Shown one piece after another: positions 31,366 through 40,773 of a stretch of 64,000 nucleotides of DNA. Both the position numbers and the translations under genes were made by a program. The notes below the pieces were generated by a model that was not told where the DNA came from, searched no databases, and saw only the letters and a program-made list of their open reading frames with translations. The stretch's first letter is position 1; each line of letters opens with the position of its first letter. The DNA lies in the sequence record PV754031.1; one strand, written 5' to 3'.

Positions 31366-32196
31366 ATGGATATTATCGAGAGAGATGTAGGTGCTAATAT
31401 TCCAATTAGCATTGGAACTTCTTTTGCTCTCGAAGGGCTTATAGGAACACATCCACAAAAGCCTAGACAACCAACTGATGTTAAGTCTATTAAAGAAATA
31501 TGGATTAATGTCCGTACTCTTGCAAGAAATATGTGGCAGGCTATGAAGTCTGAACAACAAACTAATATTAACTTGGTTGCAGCAGTCGATGTTTTATTTC
31601 AAGAAGCACAAACAATCCCGGTTGCTTTACGGCAATCGGGGATAAAAGCAACTGTAAAATATTACATTACTGGTCGAGATGCAGTGAAGTGGTTATTCCC
31701 TAAAGCTACATTTAAAGTATCACGAACACCGCAACAATTAGCTTATGATGTTTATGAACGATTTGTATCAATTGAACTATATCAGAAGTTAAAAGATACA
31801 GATTTAATTACAATGGAAATATCTAATAAACCTCCAAAGGTTGAAGGTACTGTTTTACTATTAACCCATTTCCCACATGAATTATTATGGAAACCCCATT
31901 TTAATAGACTTCTTTTATTGGAATCCCATACGGGCAAAATAAAGACATACAACATGTGGTATACTAAACTAAATGGTTTAAAAGAAGATACTCCATTTCC
32001 TTTTACATCATTTGCTATACAGATATTTGGCGATAAACAATTACTTGAACCACAAGACAAAGCTATTCGTGCACAGTTAAAACAATTGGCACAATCTAGA
32101 AAATGGACAGGATTAACAACACCAGATAAAGTTCATCATGACATTACTGCTTATGGTTCTAAAGAGTTAAAAGAAGCATACAAGAAATTCAAATAG
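31366..32196 (+). CDS. Conserved gp66-like protein, possibly 5'-3' exonuclease-related
   Basis: 276 aa; synteny; the IFGDK motif is only suggestive. Confidence 0.75.
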   Translation: MDIIERDVGANIPISIGTSFALEGLIGTHPQKPRQPTDVKSIKEIWINVRTLARNMWQAMKSEQQTNINLVAAVDVLFQEAQTIPVALRQSGIKATVKYYITGRDAVKWLFPKATFKVSRTPQQLAYDVYERFVSIELYQKLKDTDLITMEISNKPPKVEGTVLLLTHFPHELLWKPHFNRLLLLESHTGKIKTYNMWYTKLNGLKEDTPFPFTSFAIQIFGDKQLLEPQDKAIRAQLKQLAQSRKWTGLTTPDKVHHDITAYGSKELKEAYKKFK

Positions 32197-32283
32197 AAGA
32201 AATACTTGTTGCGATAATATTACGTAGAAATCATTTCCCATCTAGTTAAAAAGAATCTAGTTTTAATTTGGAGTTATCACATC

Positions 32284-33024
32284 ATGTCACAACAGCAGTC
32301 TAATGCACCCGTAGTTAACCCTTTTAATGTAATGAATACTTGGCTACATGCCAAACCATGTGAGGGTTCTCAAAAACGACCGACGCTGCGTTTTGGTCTG
32401 TTTAAAAACCAACCACGGGTTACTGTTCGTACTAATGTACCTGGTGATAAAGACCATGGTAAAATTGAGTTCAATACTGACCTAGCAACCTTTGCATGTT
32501 TCATTAAGTTTGCAATGGACTTAATTGAAGGTAAAACTGAAGATACTGAACGTGTCTTTGTTTACCGCAATAACTTCGTAGCTGGTAAGAAGCGTGATAA
32601 TTTTATTGAGCTTTCTAAGCTACATGTTGGCCGTGCACAAGATGGTCGAATTTACATCGCAGTGCTAAGCACTCAACCTGATCGTCCAAAGATCAAATTC
32701 TTCTTTGGCCCATCCCAATTCCATGATATCCGCAAAGCAGATGGTAGTCAACTATCACCTAAGGAAATGTCCGATGCTTATGCATACGGTTTCCTAGACC
32801 CCGCATATAAACTAGTAATGCATCTTCTAGTAACTGAATTCGATCCAGATGCTAAAGGTGTATCTAACCCTGCTAATTTCAATCAGGGTAATGGTAATAG
32901 CGGCGGTTACAATAACGGTGGTCAGCGCAATAACTATAACAACGGCGGCAATAATAGTTATGCTAAGCCGGCTAATAATAGTTATAATGACTCAGCTTTT
33001 GATGAGGATATGCCTTCCTTCTAA
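32284..33024 (+). CDS. chmC: ChmC nucleus-associated nucleic-acid-binding protein (gp67)
   Basis: Directly upstream of the nvRNAP sigma-like gene; N/G-rich disordered tail ending in an acidic DEDMPSF. Confidence 0.8.
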   Translation: MSQQQSNAPVVNPFNVMNTWLHAKPCEGSQKRPTLRFGLFKNQPRVTVRTNVPGDKDHGKIEFNTDLATFACFIKFAMDLIEGKTEDTERVFVYRNNFVAGKKRDNFIELSKLHVGRAQDGRIYIAVLSTQPDRPKIKFFFGPSQFHDIRKADGSQLSPKEMSDAYAYGFLDPAYKLVMHLLVTEFDPDAKGVSNPANFNQGNGNSGGYNNGGQRNNYNNGGNNSYAKPANNSYNDSAFDEDMPSF

Positions 33025-33092
33025 AACATATTTCGGTGCTTACTCTCGAAGTAGGCACCGATATGCCCTCAGTACTAAATGCCGTTATACTA

Positions 33093-33119
33093 AAAAAAAT
33101 TTGAGATCTATATTACTAA
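33093..33119 (+). promoter_or_regulatory. Early promoter of the gp68 operon
   Basis: AAAAAAATTTGAGATC-TATATTAC-TAA. Confidence 0.85.
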
Positions 33120-33149
33120 CATGTATCTACATTGGTAAAAGAGGTTAAA

Positions 33150-34715
33150 ATGCAAATCATCGTTACAGGAGTTCAAGGTACTGGTTTTACTGAAGTGGCT
33201 ACAGAGCACAATGGTAAACGTTTAACTTGGACAACTACGGCTTATAGTAAAATCCGTGTACAAGATCAACAACGAGTATTCCAAGAAATCAATGATTATT
33301 GGAGTGGCCTAAGTGCTGAGACACAACAACATATCTGGAATTGTTATGTAGAAATTCGTAAGATCATGGATATGGCTATGGATCCGATGAGGATTGCAAT
33401 GAGTCTATCCTATTACATCAAAGAGATGTATAAAGCCATGCCGATGAATAGTTTTCGGCGATGGCTACTAACTATTGGTAAACTTTATATTCCAGTAGAT
33501 ATTGAAGAAGTTATCACTGATGATTCACGATATAATCGACCAGATCAAACATATCTGAAACATGACTATATTAACCTTGCATCTGTATCACTAGCTCTTC
33601 GTCCTTTAGTACCTATTTGGGGCGAGTTTATTGATCAGGGCACTTCTCAGGAAATGCATAAAGAGTGTGAAGTAATTAGTCTCATCTCGGATTGTGAGGT
33701 TAACCATTGGCCTGTTGATGAAATATCAATCGATGGAACTCCAGTAGAAACAGCTTATGATAAGCTAAGTGCATATGTTAAGTTTTGTGTAGAAGATGAA
33801 GCACCCACCTTAGCCAACCTTTATAGGGGTATGAGTTCAGCTGAAGTGCCGGATATCTTACAGGCTAAAGTTATGGTTAGGCGATTAACCATCCTACCAT
33901 TAAACGATGTCACCTCACATTCCATCGTTTCAAATATGTTTAGATATGTTAAGTCAAATCTAAACCCTGCGGAGCGATCAACTGCTGACCGGGTTAATGA
34001 TAAACGGCCAGATAAAGGTGGTATTGATGATGATGATAAAACATCATTTATCGAATCGCATAAAACTAAACAGCGAGTTACTCCTGGTGATATCGTAGCT
34101 TATAACTTAGATGCTCTTGATGTAGTTAAACTGGTTCACAAAATCGATGACACTGTCCCAGTAGAGTTAATTCAGGAATGTCTAGATTGCGTTGCAGTTA
34201 CAGCTACTAAAGATATCTATCCACACCAGATATTACTTGCACAATGGGTGATGCACAAAGCTTTCCCTGCAAGAGCATTCAGCCACATTAATAAAAATGC
34301 AGTTAACCATTTGTTGGCAGCAGCTCAGTCACTAATGTGGCATTGGGGTTTCCAACAAGTTGCTGTATTTATGCAAGTAGAGTTGTATTATAGTGGTGAA
34401 CATGCAATGTCCATTCAACCACGTAATAGTACACGTATTCAAATTAAATATAAGGACGTAATGGATGAGCTTTATCCACATCAACGACAACAGCGAGCTA
34501 TTAATGGTGTTCCAGTAGCACCTGTAAATATTGCGGGCATTGCTGTGCAATCTGCACATGCATCCATTAGATCTAGTAACTGGATCTATCATGGACCCGA
34601 TCGTTTATTCAAAGAAGCAGAACAGGTAACTCAGAATAAAGTCCTTGTTGTACCGGCCACAATTAAGTCGGTGATCACCGAACTGGTAATTCATCTGGGT
34701 AAACTTAATCAGTAA
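33150..34715 (+). CDS. nvRNAP sigma-like promoter-specificity subunit (gp68)
   Basis: MQIIVTGVQGTGFTEV matches recalled gp68; GAGGT SD favours ATG 33150. Confidence 0.88.
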   Translation: MQIIVTGVQGTGFTEVATEHNGKRLTWTTTAYSKIRVQDQQRVFQEINDYWSGLSAETQQHIWNCYVEIRKIMDMAMDPMRIAMSLSYYIKEMYKAMPMNSFRRWLLTIGKLYIPVDIEEVITDDSRYNRPDQTYLKHDYINLASVSLALRPLVPIWGEFIDQGTSQEMHKECEVISLISDCEVNHWPVDEISIDGTPVETAYDKLSAYVKFCVEDEAPTLANLYRGMSSAEVPDILQAKVMVRRLTILPLNDVTSHSIVSNMFRYVKSNLNPAERSTADRVNDKRPDKGGIDDDDKTSFIESHKTKQRVTPGDIVAYNLDALDVVKLVHKIDDTVPVELIQECLDCVAVTATKDIYPHQILLAQWVMHKAFPARAFSHINKNAVNHLLAAAQSLMWHWGFQQVAVFMQVELYYSGEHAMSIQPRNSTRIQIKYKDVMDELYPHQRQQRAINGVPVAPVNIAGIAVQSAHASIRSSNWIYHGPDRLFKEAEQVTQNKVLVVPATIKSVITELVIHLGKLNQ

Positions 34716-34731
34716 TAATTGAGGTAGTTCT

Positions 34732-36405
34732 ATGTTAGGTTTTAATAATTCAGCAATGGGTGGTAATACTGAAGTACAGATTGAATCATTCATTCTAGTA
34801 CAGACTGGTACTTATCAACCTGAGCATGTTCGACCATTTACGGTAGAGGTCACTGAGAACTCTATTGAACGTTTAAAAGAAGCAACTAATGATGGTCGTA
34901 ATCTAGGTGTTGCAGCTGTGCAGCAAATTGCAGCTGATGTGATTGCACCACGTGCTCAAACTCAAGGTGAAGTCCCTATCGTCAATGGTTGGGGTGAGCG
35001 CCGGTTTAGGTTCATGATGAAAGTATGGGAGAATAACCGTTTCTTTGGTAATACCCGTACTTGCCGGATTCTATTTGGTTGCTCTGACCATTGCTCTATT
35101 AGTCCGCTTAGCAATAGTCTAGATCCTAACATGCGTATCTATTTTAATAGTGAAACTGTTATTGTAGAGCGCCAACGACCAACTGAGTTCGGTGTAGTCA
35201 AACAAGCACATATCCTAGGTTCTAACCAGATCCTTGCACCCGTCGATATCATGAGTGATATTACTATCCCTCAGAACGGGTTTAGCATGTATACTGGAAC
35301 TTCATCATATCTCCAACGACCAGAAGATGTTTTCCAAATTCAGCAAACGATGCAAGTAGCTAAACGCATTGAATCAACTGGACTACATCAAGGCGTATTT
35401 GACCGGATCATTGACCAACGCTCCAGTGTTGGTGAAGCAGGCACTTTCCAATATTCAAATCGCCGTGATACTTCTCCTACTCGTTATCTATCTAGTACTC
35501 TTAATGCATGGCAGCATTCTGTTAAAGAAGCTGAGATGGCTAATAATGATAACGATAATATCTTTGGAGGTGTCTCTGATGAAGTGATGCTAGGCGATGC
35601 ATCTGCTGTACTTCGAAATCAAGATATCCATTCCAATATGTTCATGCGCATTCTAAAAGAACGCTGCAATTACATGGAACGTGGCTTTGTTACACTGGCT
35701 GACCTACAACGAGTATTCCCTGAACTACTGGTTGATGGTGTAGTTAAAGCTGGTATGGATAATGGTAATTCTCAACGCTTCGTTAACCGAGCAGAGCATT
35801 CCATGCATTGGGGTGGTGCAGATCATCACACTGTTGCAGCATCTCTACTTGCACAAGTAGTTCCAGCAATCATGATGGATAACTATTTCCGGGTAACCTC
35901 CTTTGCAATTACAAATGGACATGGAGCGAATAACTATCTATTCGAAATGCATCCAAATGGTACCAGGAGTATCATGGATGGAATTGATATGACTCCACAG
36001 ATTAATGACTTTGAACGTCGTCTTATTACCGATGCGATTAACAGTATCTCTTATGGTAACCAGATTCCGTTTAAAATTTCCATGCACTCTGACTTAGCTG
36101 GTGATACTGTTATTGATATCAGTCTAAATCATGAATCGGTAGAACGATTCATCGCACCGACCTTCATTGATAGTCTGTTTAGTCCAGTCATTACTCGGGA
36201 TGCATCTGCACCGGCTATGATCTCTAATGACCTTACCTATCTTGTTAAGAATGTTATCCCAACTAAGACTCAACAAAACATTCTAAACAGTAGTGGTCAG
36301 CCGGTTAACATGCAACCGTATCAACATCCTGTAGCTCAACCTGCTCAAATCAATCCTAAATTTGGTGATAACAATGCCTACGATTTCTCTTTCCAAGTTC
36401 TATAG
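34732..36405 (+). CDS. picA: PicA/Imp1 nuclear protein-import factor (gp69)
   Basis: 557 aa, located between gp68 and gp70; GAGGT SD. Confidence 0.82.
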   Translation: MLGFNNSAMGGNTEVQIESFILVQTGTYQPEHVRPFTVEVTENSIERLKEATNDGRNLGVAAVQQIAADVIAPRAQTQGEVPIVNGWGERRFRFMMKVWENNRFFGNTRTCRILFGCSDHCSISPLSNSLDPNMRIYFNSETVIVERQRPTEFGVVKQAHILGSNQILAPVDIMSDITIPQNGFSMYTGTSSYLQRPEDVFQIQQTMQVAKRIESTGLHQGVFDRIIDQRSSVGEAGTFQYSNRRDTSPTRYLSSTLNAWQHSVKEAEMANNDNDNIFGGVSDEVMLGDASAVLRNQDIHSNMFMRILKERCNYMERGFVTLADLQRVFPELLVDGVVKAGMDNGNSQRFVNRAEHSMHWGGADHHTVAASLLAQVVPAIMMDNYFRVTSFAITNGHGANNYLFEMHPNGTRSIMDGIDMTPQINDFERRLITDAINSISYGNQIPFKISMHSDLAGDTVIDISLNHESVERFIAPTFIDSLFSPVITRDASAPAMISNDLTYLVKNVIPTKTQQNILNSSGQPVNMQPYQHPVAQPAQINPKFGDNNAYDFSFQVL

Positions 36406-37753
36406 TGATCAAGTATTACCTGCTTTCCGATACAAAGTAGGTGAAGAGGATATGATCAGTATTCTCGATCCACTTGGTCGACCTGCACCTGCAAAGGTAG
36501 ATGGTAAGCGACTAGTGGTACCTACTAAAGATTGGCTTCGTAAAGGGCTAGGCGATGATTACATCGCCTTCCACCCGCTATCTGAAAAGATCTCTCGGCT
36601 AGGTACTTCTCAAGTACTACAGCATATGCAGCGTCAAGTTAAGGCTAATCTAATGTTTACTGTGAAGTATCTTACTTCACGTATTTTAGAAGTAGCTGCC
36701 GACTCCACTCTGCATAAAGACATTCCACCAGAATGTTCAGACTTCCTAAAGAAACTATCCGGTGCTAAGCCAGATACCATTGAGTGGTTTAATAAGGTTG
36801 TCAAAGCTGCTGAAAAACGTTCACGTTTTGTAAGCGTGTATCTAAAAGCAAATGGTAAATTTGATGGGAAGACAGTTAACCGTATCTGCGTTATTCGGTT
36901 CCCTATCGTAGAGGATCTTTATTCTAAAGATGATATCCTTGGAGTAAATGTACCTAAGAAACAGCGGCCAGTTCTAATCGAACTATTTAAACTAGTTGTA
37001 CCATTTGGTGATTCACCAACTGAATATTCAGCAGGAACAGTTGAGCGGGTAGCACCTTATTTTGTATGTCTTATCCAGGCATTTAACAAAATCACTACTC
37101 AACTAAATAGTGTTATTGATAAGTATCGCCTGATCTTCGATGATGCTATTCAACCTTATTCAAAAGTTGATGAGAAGGTGATTGCTGATTTTGCAAAGAT
37201 GCAACGTGAGATCCCCTCTCTTGATGGTAATGAAGGAGTCAGCAATGAAGTAGAAGAAGAAGCTTCTGAAACTGTAAACCCAGTTGCCCAAATTCCTGTC
37301 CAGAAAAAGGATAGTGTAGTTAAAGTGGGTAATACTGCTAAAGAACAAACTACTTCTACACGTGTACCAGTAGGCACAACTGTGAATGTTAATCCATCTA
37401 TGAGTCAAGCTGTAGCAATGACTCAGGCACCTCAACGTCCCGCACAACAAGTTCAAACTAGCAATAAAGCATCTATCCAAGATCTTCTAAACGCTGGGCA
37501 GAAAAACCAATTTGCTCAACCCGGAATGATGCAACAACCTGTTATGATGAACAATAACTTTGCAATGCCTGGGATGATGCAGCCACAGCAACCAATGATG
37601 GCTAATATGCATCCGCAAATGATGCAACTCATGGGCAATCAAATGCCGATGGGTGGTGGATTTGCACAAGCACTAAACCCCGCTCTAGCTGGTAATGGTA
37701 ACACCGCGATGATGAATCTAGGTGGAAACCAAATGATGGGTCGTCTACTGTAA
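36362..37753 (+). CDS. Conserved gp70-like protein with a Gln/Met/Pro-rich disordered C-terminus
   Basis: 463-aa ORF, true start probably 36374; synteny. Confidence 0.82.
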   Translation: MVITMPTISLSKFYSDQVLPAFRYKVGEEDMISILDPLGRPAPAKVDGKRLVVPTKDWLRKGLGDDYIAFHPLSEKISRLGTSQVLQHMQRQVKANLMFTVKYLTSRILEVAADSTLHKDIPPECSDFLKKLSGAKPDTIEWFNKVVKAAEKRSRFVSVYLKANGKFDGKTVNRICVIRFPIVEDLYSKDDILGVNVPKKQRPVLIELFKLVVPFGDSPTEYSAGTVERVAPYFVCLIQAFNKITTQLNSVIDKYRLIFDDAIQPYSKVDEKVIADFAKMQREIPSLDGNEGVSNEVEEEASETVNPVAQIPVQKKDSVVKVGNTAKEQTTSTRVPVGTTVNVNPSMSQAVAMTQAPQRPAQQVQTSNKASIQDLLNAGQKNQFAQPGMMQQPVMMNNNFAMPGMMQPQQPMMANMHPQMMQLMGNQMPMGGGFAQALNPALAGNGNTAMMNLGGNQMMGRLL

Positions 37754-37757
37754 CACG

Positions 37758-37792
37758 GCATAAACCAGGGGGCCTAAGGGTCCCCTGGCTTG
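37758..37792. terminator. Bidirectional terminator
   Basis: CCAGGGGGCC-TAAG-GGTCCCCTGG at 37765-37788. Confidence 0.8.
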
Positions 37793-37794
37793 CT

Positions 37795-38169
37795 TTAAAA
37801 CTTTTTAGTTTGATATAAGCTAACGAGGTGTTGAATCATGTCGTTATTCGGTATGATTAAATAGCTGGTGTAATCATTAGCTGAAGGATCCCTTAGAACT
37901 TTACCAAAATCATAAGGGCTAACTAAACCATTAACACGCATTTGAATCCACCACATATCAGGATTGACACGGCGTTCTGCCATGTATCCATAAAAGTTTC
38001 CTTCGAACTGGTAATACAGTTCAGGTGGAATCTGAATACGTGTGGATCTGACATTACGTAAGATATTCAAATGAGTCTCAATAATTAATCTGAACCCTGG
38101 TTCATAATAAACAGATTCACCTGAATCTGGTTGATTAGCTAACAGTGTGAACGCCATAATAAATTCCAA
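37795..38169 (-). CDS. Conserved small protein (gp70.1-like)
   Basis: 124-aa ORF on the opposite strand within the core block; start may be MAFTLL. Confidence 0.75.
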   Translation of the reverse strand: MEFIMAFTLLANQPDSGESVYYEPGFRLIIETHLNILRNVRSTRIQIPPELYYQFEGNFYGYMAERRVNPDMWWIQMRVNGLVSPYDFGKVLRDPSANDYTSYLIIPNNDMIQHLVSLYQTKKF

Positions 38170-38182
38170 TAAATTTTATTTA

Positions 38183-38195
38183 AGATCTATATCAT
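38183..38195 (+). promoter_or_regulatory. Early-type promoter for the nvRNAP beta operon
   Basis: AGATC-TATATCAT. Confidence 0.6.
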
Positions 38196-38227
38196 TGATT
38201 TGTAATTAGTAAACAGGAGGTATGAGA

Positions 38228-38341
38228 TTGGTGATACCAGACATTGAAGTCTTACAAAAGGCTATATCTAAAAACAGCGCAAATAAGAAATATAGTAGTA
38301 CTGCATCTTGTCTAATTAATGGTGATAAACAAAATGGCTGA
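38228..38341 (+). CDS. Candidate 37-aa leader ORF overlapping the nvRNAP beta start
   Basis: AGGAGG SD 7 nt before an in-frame TTG; its stop TGA lies within the first codons of gp71. Confidence 0.35.
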   Translation: MVIPDIEVLQKAISKNSANKKYSSTASCLINGDKQNG

Positions 38342-39512
38342 ACTAGGTAAACGTGAAATTGATCTAACCCTATTAGGGCATACTGGTTTAGATCCTTGGT
38401 ATGGCACTACCTCATCTGCACGGGGTGCTATGTTTGTAACACATATTGGCCAGGCACCAGAAGTAAATGGAAATGAATCGCGTTATTTCCTAACGGGTGC
38501 TGAATTAGAGTATGCCAAGTATACACATGATGTTCGTTTTCCTGAGGATTGTCGTGTACTACATGTTCTTAGAAAATATCCAACGGGTATTGGTAAAGAC
38601 AGTATTAGATCTAACCCGGTAACAACTATTATCTACGAAAACTATTTTGACAAATATAAAACCATTGGTGTCTTACATGTTCCCGAGTACATGAGTCATC
38701 ACCAAGACTTTGGTTATGAACTTGTAAAGAATCGAGAAGTGTGGGAAACCATTGCCCCAAATGAAATGTTCTCTAAAGACACAGTGATTGCACAGTCTGG
38801 TGCAGTTAAGAAAGACGGTACTTTAGGGATGGGTGTTAATGCTAATGTTGTATTCCTATCTGCCGCTGGTACCATTGAAGATGGATTCGTAGCTAATAAG
38901 AATTTCCTTAAAAGGATGATGCCAACTAGTTATAGCACGGCTGTAGCTAATGCTGGTAGGAAAGCTTTCTTCTTAAACATGTATGGCGATGATAAGGTCT
39001 ATAAACCATTCCCAGACATTGGCGATGTTATCCGACCAGATGGTGTAATCTTCGCCATCCGTGACCATGATGATGATCTAGCTCCTGCCGAGATGACTCC
39101 TAGGGCACTTCGTACACTAGATAGAACTTTCGATAGAGCTGTTATTGGCACACCTGGTGCGAAGGTTATTGATATTGATATTTGGCGTGATGAGCGTGTA
39201 AATCCATCCCCTACTCCAACAGGAATGGATGCACAACTAGTTAAATATCATACTCATCTTAGCAGTTATTATCGAGAACTATTAAAGATCTATCGTGGTC
39301 TATTAGCACGTCGTAAAGATGATCTACATATCACTGAGGAATTTGAACGTCTTATTGTAACTGCACAGATGTTCCTACCTCAACCTGATAATGTCCGTAA
39401 ACTATCTCGATTCTATCGACTAGACCCACTAGATGAATGGCGAGTCGAAGTAACTTACAAAGCCCAAAAGATGCCTGCTGGTGCTTTCAAGATGACTGAT
39501 TTTCATGGTGGT
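38334..39512 (+). CDS. rpoB: nvRNAP beta C-terminal subunit (gp71-73), exon 1; spliced product 700 aa
   Basis: SSARGAMFVTHIGQ and TIEDGFV motifs; ends TDFHGG. Confidence 0.93.
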
Positions 39513-39819
39513 AATTAATATCCATCCATCTCTCAGGAATGGATATTGTCAAATTGCCTGCTTGATCTCGAAAGAGTCAAGTAAATCCTCTCTAATTGCT
39601 GGGACATCTCAATGAGACAATCAGCAGCGAAGCTTTCCAGAAATGGATTGAACGTTCAACGACTATCCGGTTACGCGGAGTACACTCAAGCGAGTGGAAA
39701 TGGGAGGGACCTGACCACCTAGGGTGAAGGTTAAGATATAGTCTGGTCTGCATGGTGACATGCAGCTGCCTGCAATACGAGAGGCGGGGTAAGCGTAGCG
39801 AACTTACCTGAACATAACG
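39513..39819 (+). mobile_element. Group I intron 3 (307 nt, no endonuclease)
   Basis: P/Q/R/S cores; P1 GGUAAU/AUUGCC places the U.G pair at 39512; removal gives HGG|KGVIC, equivalent to bacterial HGNKGV. Confidence 0.93.
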
Positions 39820-40743
39820 AAGGGCGTCATCTGTAAGGTAATGGAAGATGAAGATATGCCTATTGACGAAAATGGTAATAGGGCAGATCTAATTATCTTT
39901 GGTGGTTCAACCATGCGTCGTTCAAATTATGGTCGAATTTATGAACATGGTTTTGGCGCAGCTGCACGAGATCTAGCTCAACGCCTACGCGTTGAAGCTG
40001 GACTAGATCGACATGCCAAACCAACCCAGCAACAACTAAATAGTGTAATGGGTAATACGCAATGGGTTGATTATGCATTTAAAGAACTATTAGGTTTCTA
40101 TGAGATCATTGCTCCAACAATGCATAGTAAAATGATGGAACACCCAAATCCAGCAGAACATGTTAAAACAGTACTAATGGATGGATTCCCATATATCTAC
40201 GCACCAGTTGATGATCCAGTGGATCTAATGGCAGCAGTCAACAAATTAATTAATAGCGATAAGTATCGACCACACTATGGGAAGGTATCTTATCGAGATC
40301 AAGCTGGTAAGTGGGTAACAACTAAAGATAATGTCTTAATGGGTCCACTTTACATGATGCTACTAGAAAAGATTGGTGAAGACTGGTCAGCAGCAGCATC
40401 TGTAAAAACACAACCATTTGGTCTACCTTCTAAGTTAAACAATGCTGATAGGGCTAGCACTCCTGGTCGAGAAACAGCTATCCGGTCATTCGGTGAATCT
40501 GAAACTCGGTCATATAACTGTACAGTTGGTCCAGGTCCGACTGCTGAAATCTTAGACCAAACTAATAACCCATTGGCACATGCTGCGGTTATTGAGTCTT
40601 GGCTAACAGCAGAAAAACCTTCATCTGTACCAGTTGCAGTTGATCGTGAAAAGATCCCATTTGGTGGATCTCGTCCAGTAGCTATGTTTGATCACCTGCT
40701 TGAATGTAGTGGTATTGCATTAGAATATGCCCCTGATCATTGA
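39820..40743 (+). CDS. rpoB: nvRNAP beta C-terminal subunit, exon 2 (gp73 part)
   Basis: KGVICKV, DENGNRADLII, RSFGESE motifs. Confidence 0.93.
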   Translation, partial: KGVICKVMEDEDMPIDENGNRADLIIFGGSTMRRSNYGRIYEHGFGAAARDLAQRLRVEAGLDRHAKPTQQQLNSVMGNTQWVDYAFKELLGFYEIIAPTMHSKMMEHPNPAEHVKTVLMDGFPYIYAPVDDPVDLMAAVNKLINSDKYRPHYGKVSYRDQAGKWVTTKDNVLMGPLYMMLLEKIGEDWSAAASVKTQPFGLPSKLNNADRASTPGRETAIRSFGESETRSYNCTVGPGPTAEILDQTNNPLAHAAVIESWLTAEKPSSVPVAVDREKIPFGGSRPVAMFDHLLECSGIALEYAPDH

Positions 40744-40773
40744 TCAGGGGTTTAATAATACAAGAGGTAAATA

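Noticed and set aside
39513-39515. 5' splice site after AAT (HGGN|KG)
   Set aside because: P1 pairing puts the U.G wobble at 39512, favouring HGG|KG.
39841-40743. Independent 300-aa gene
   Set aside because: The in-frame KGVICKV upstream and the group I intron show it is exon 2 of the beta subunit.
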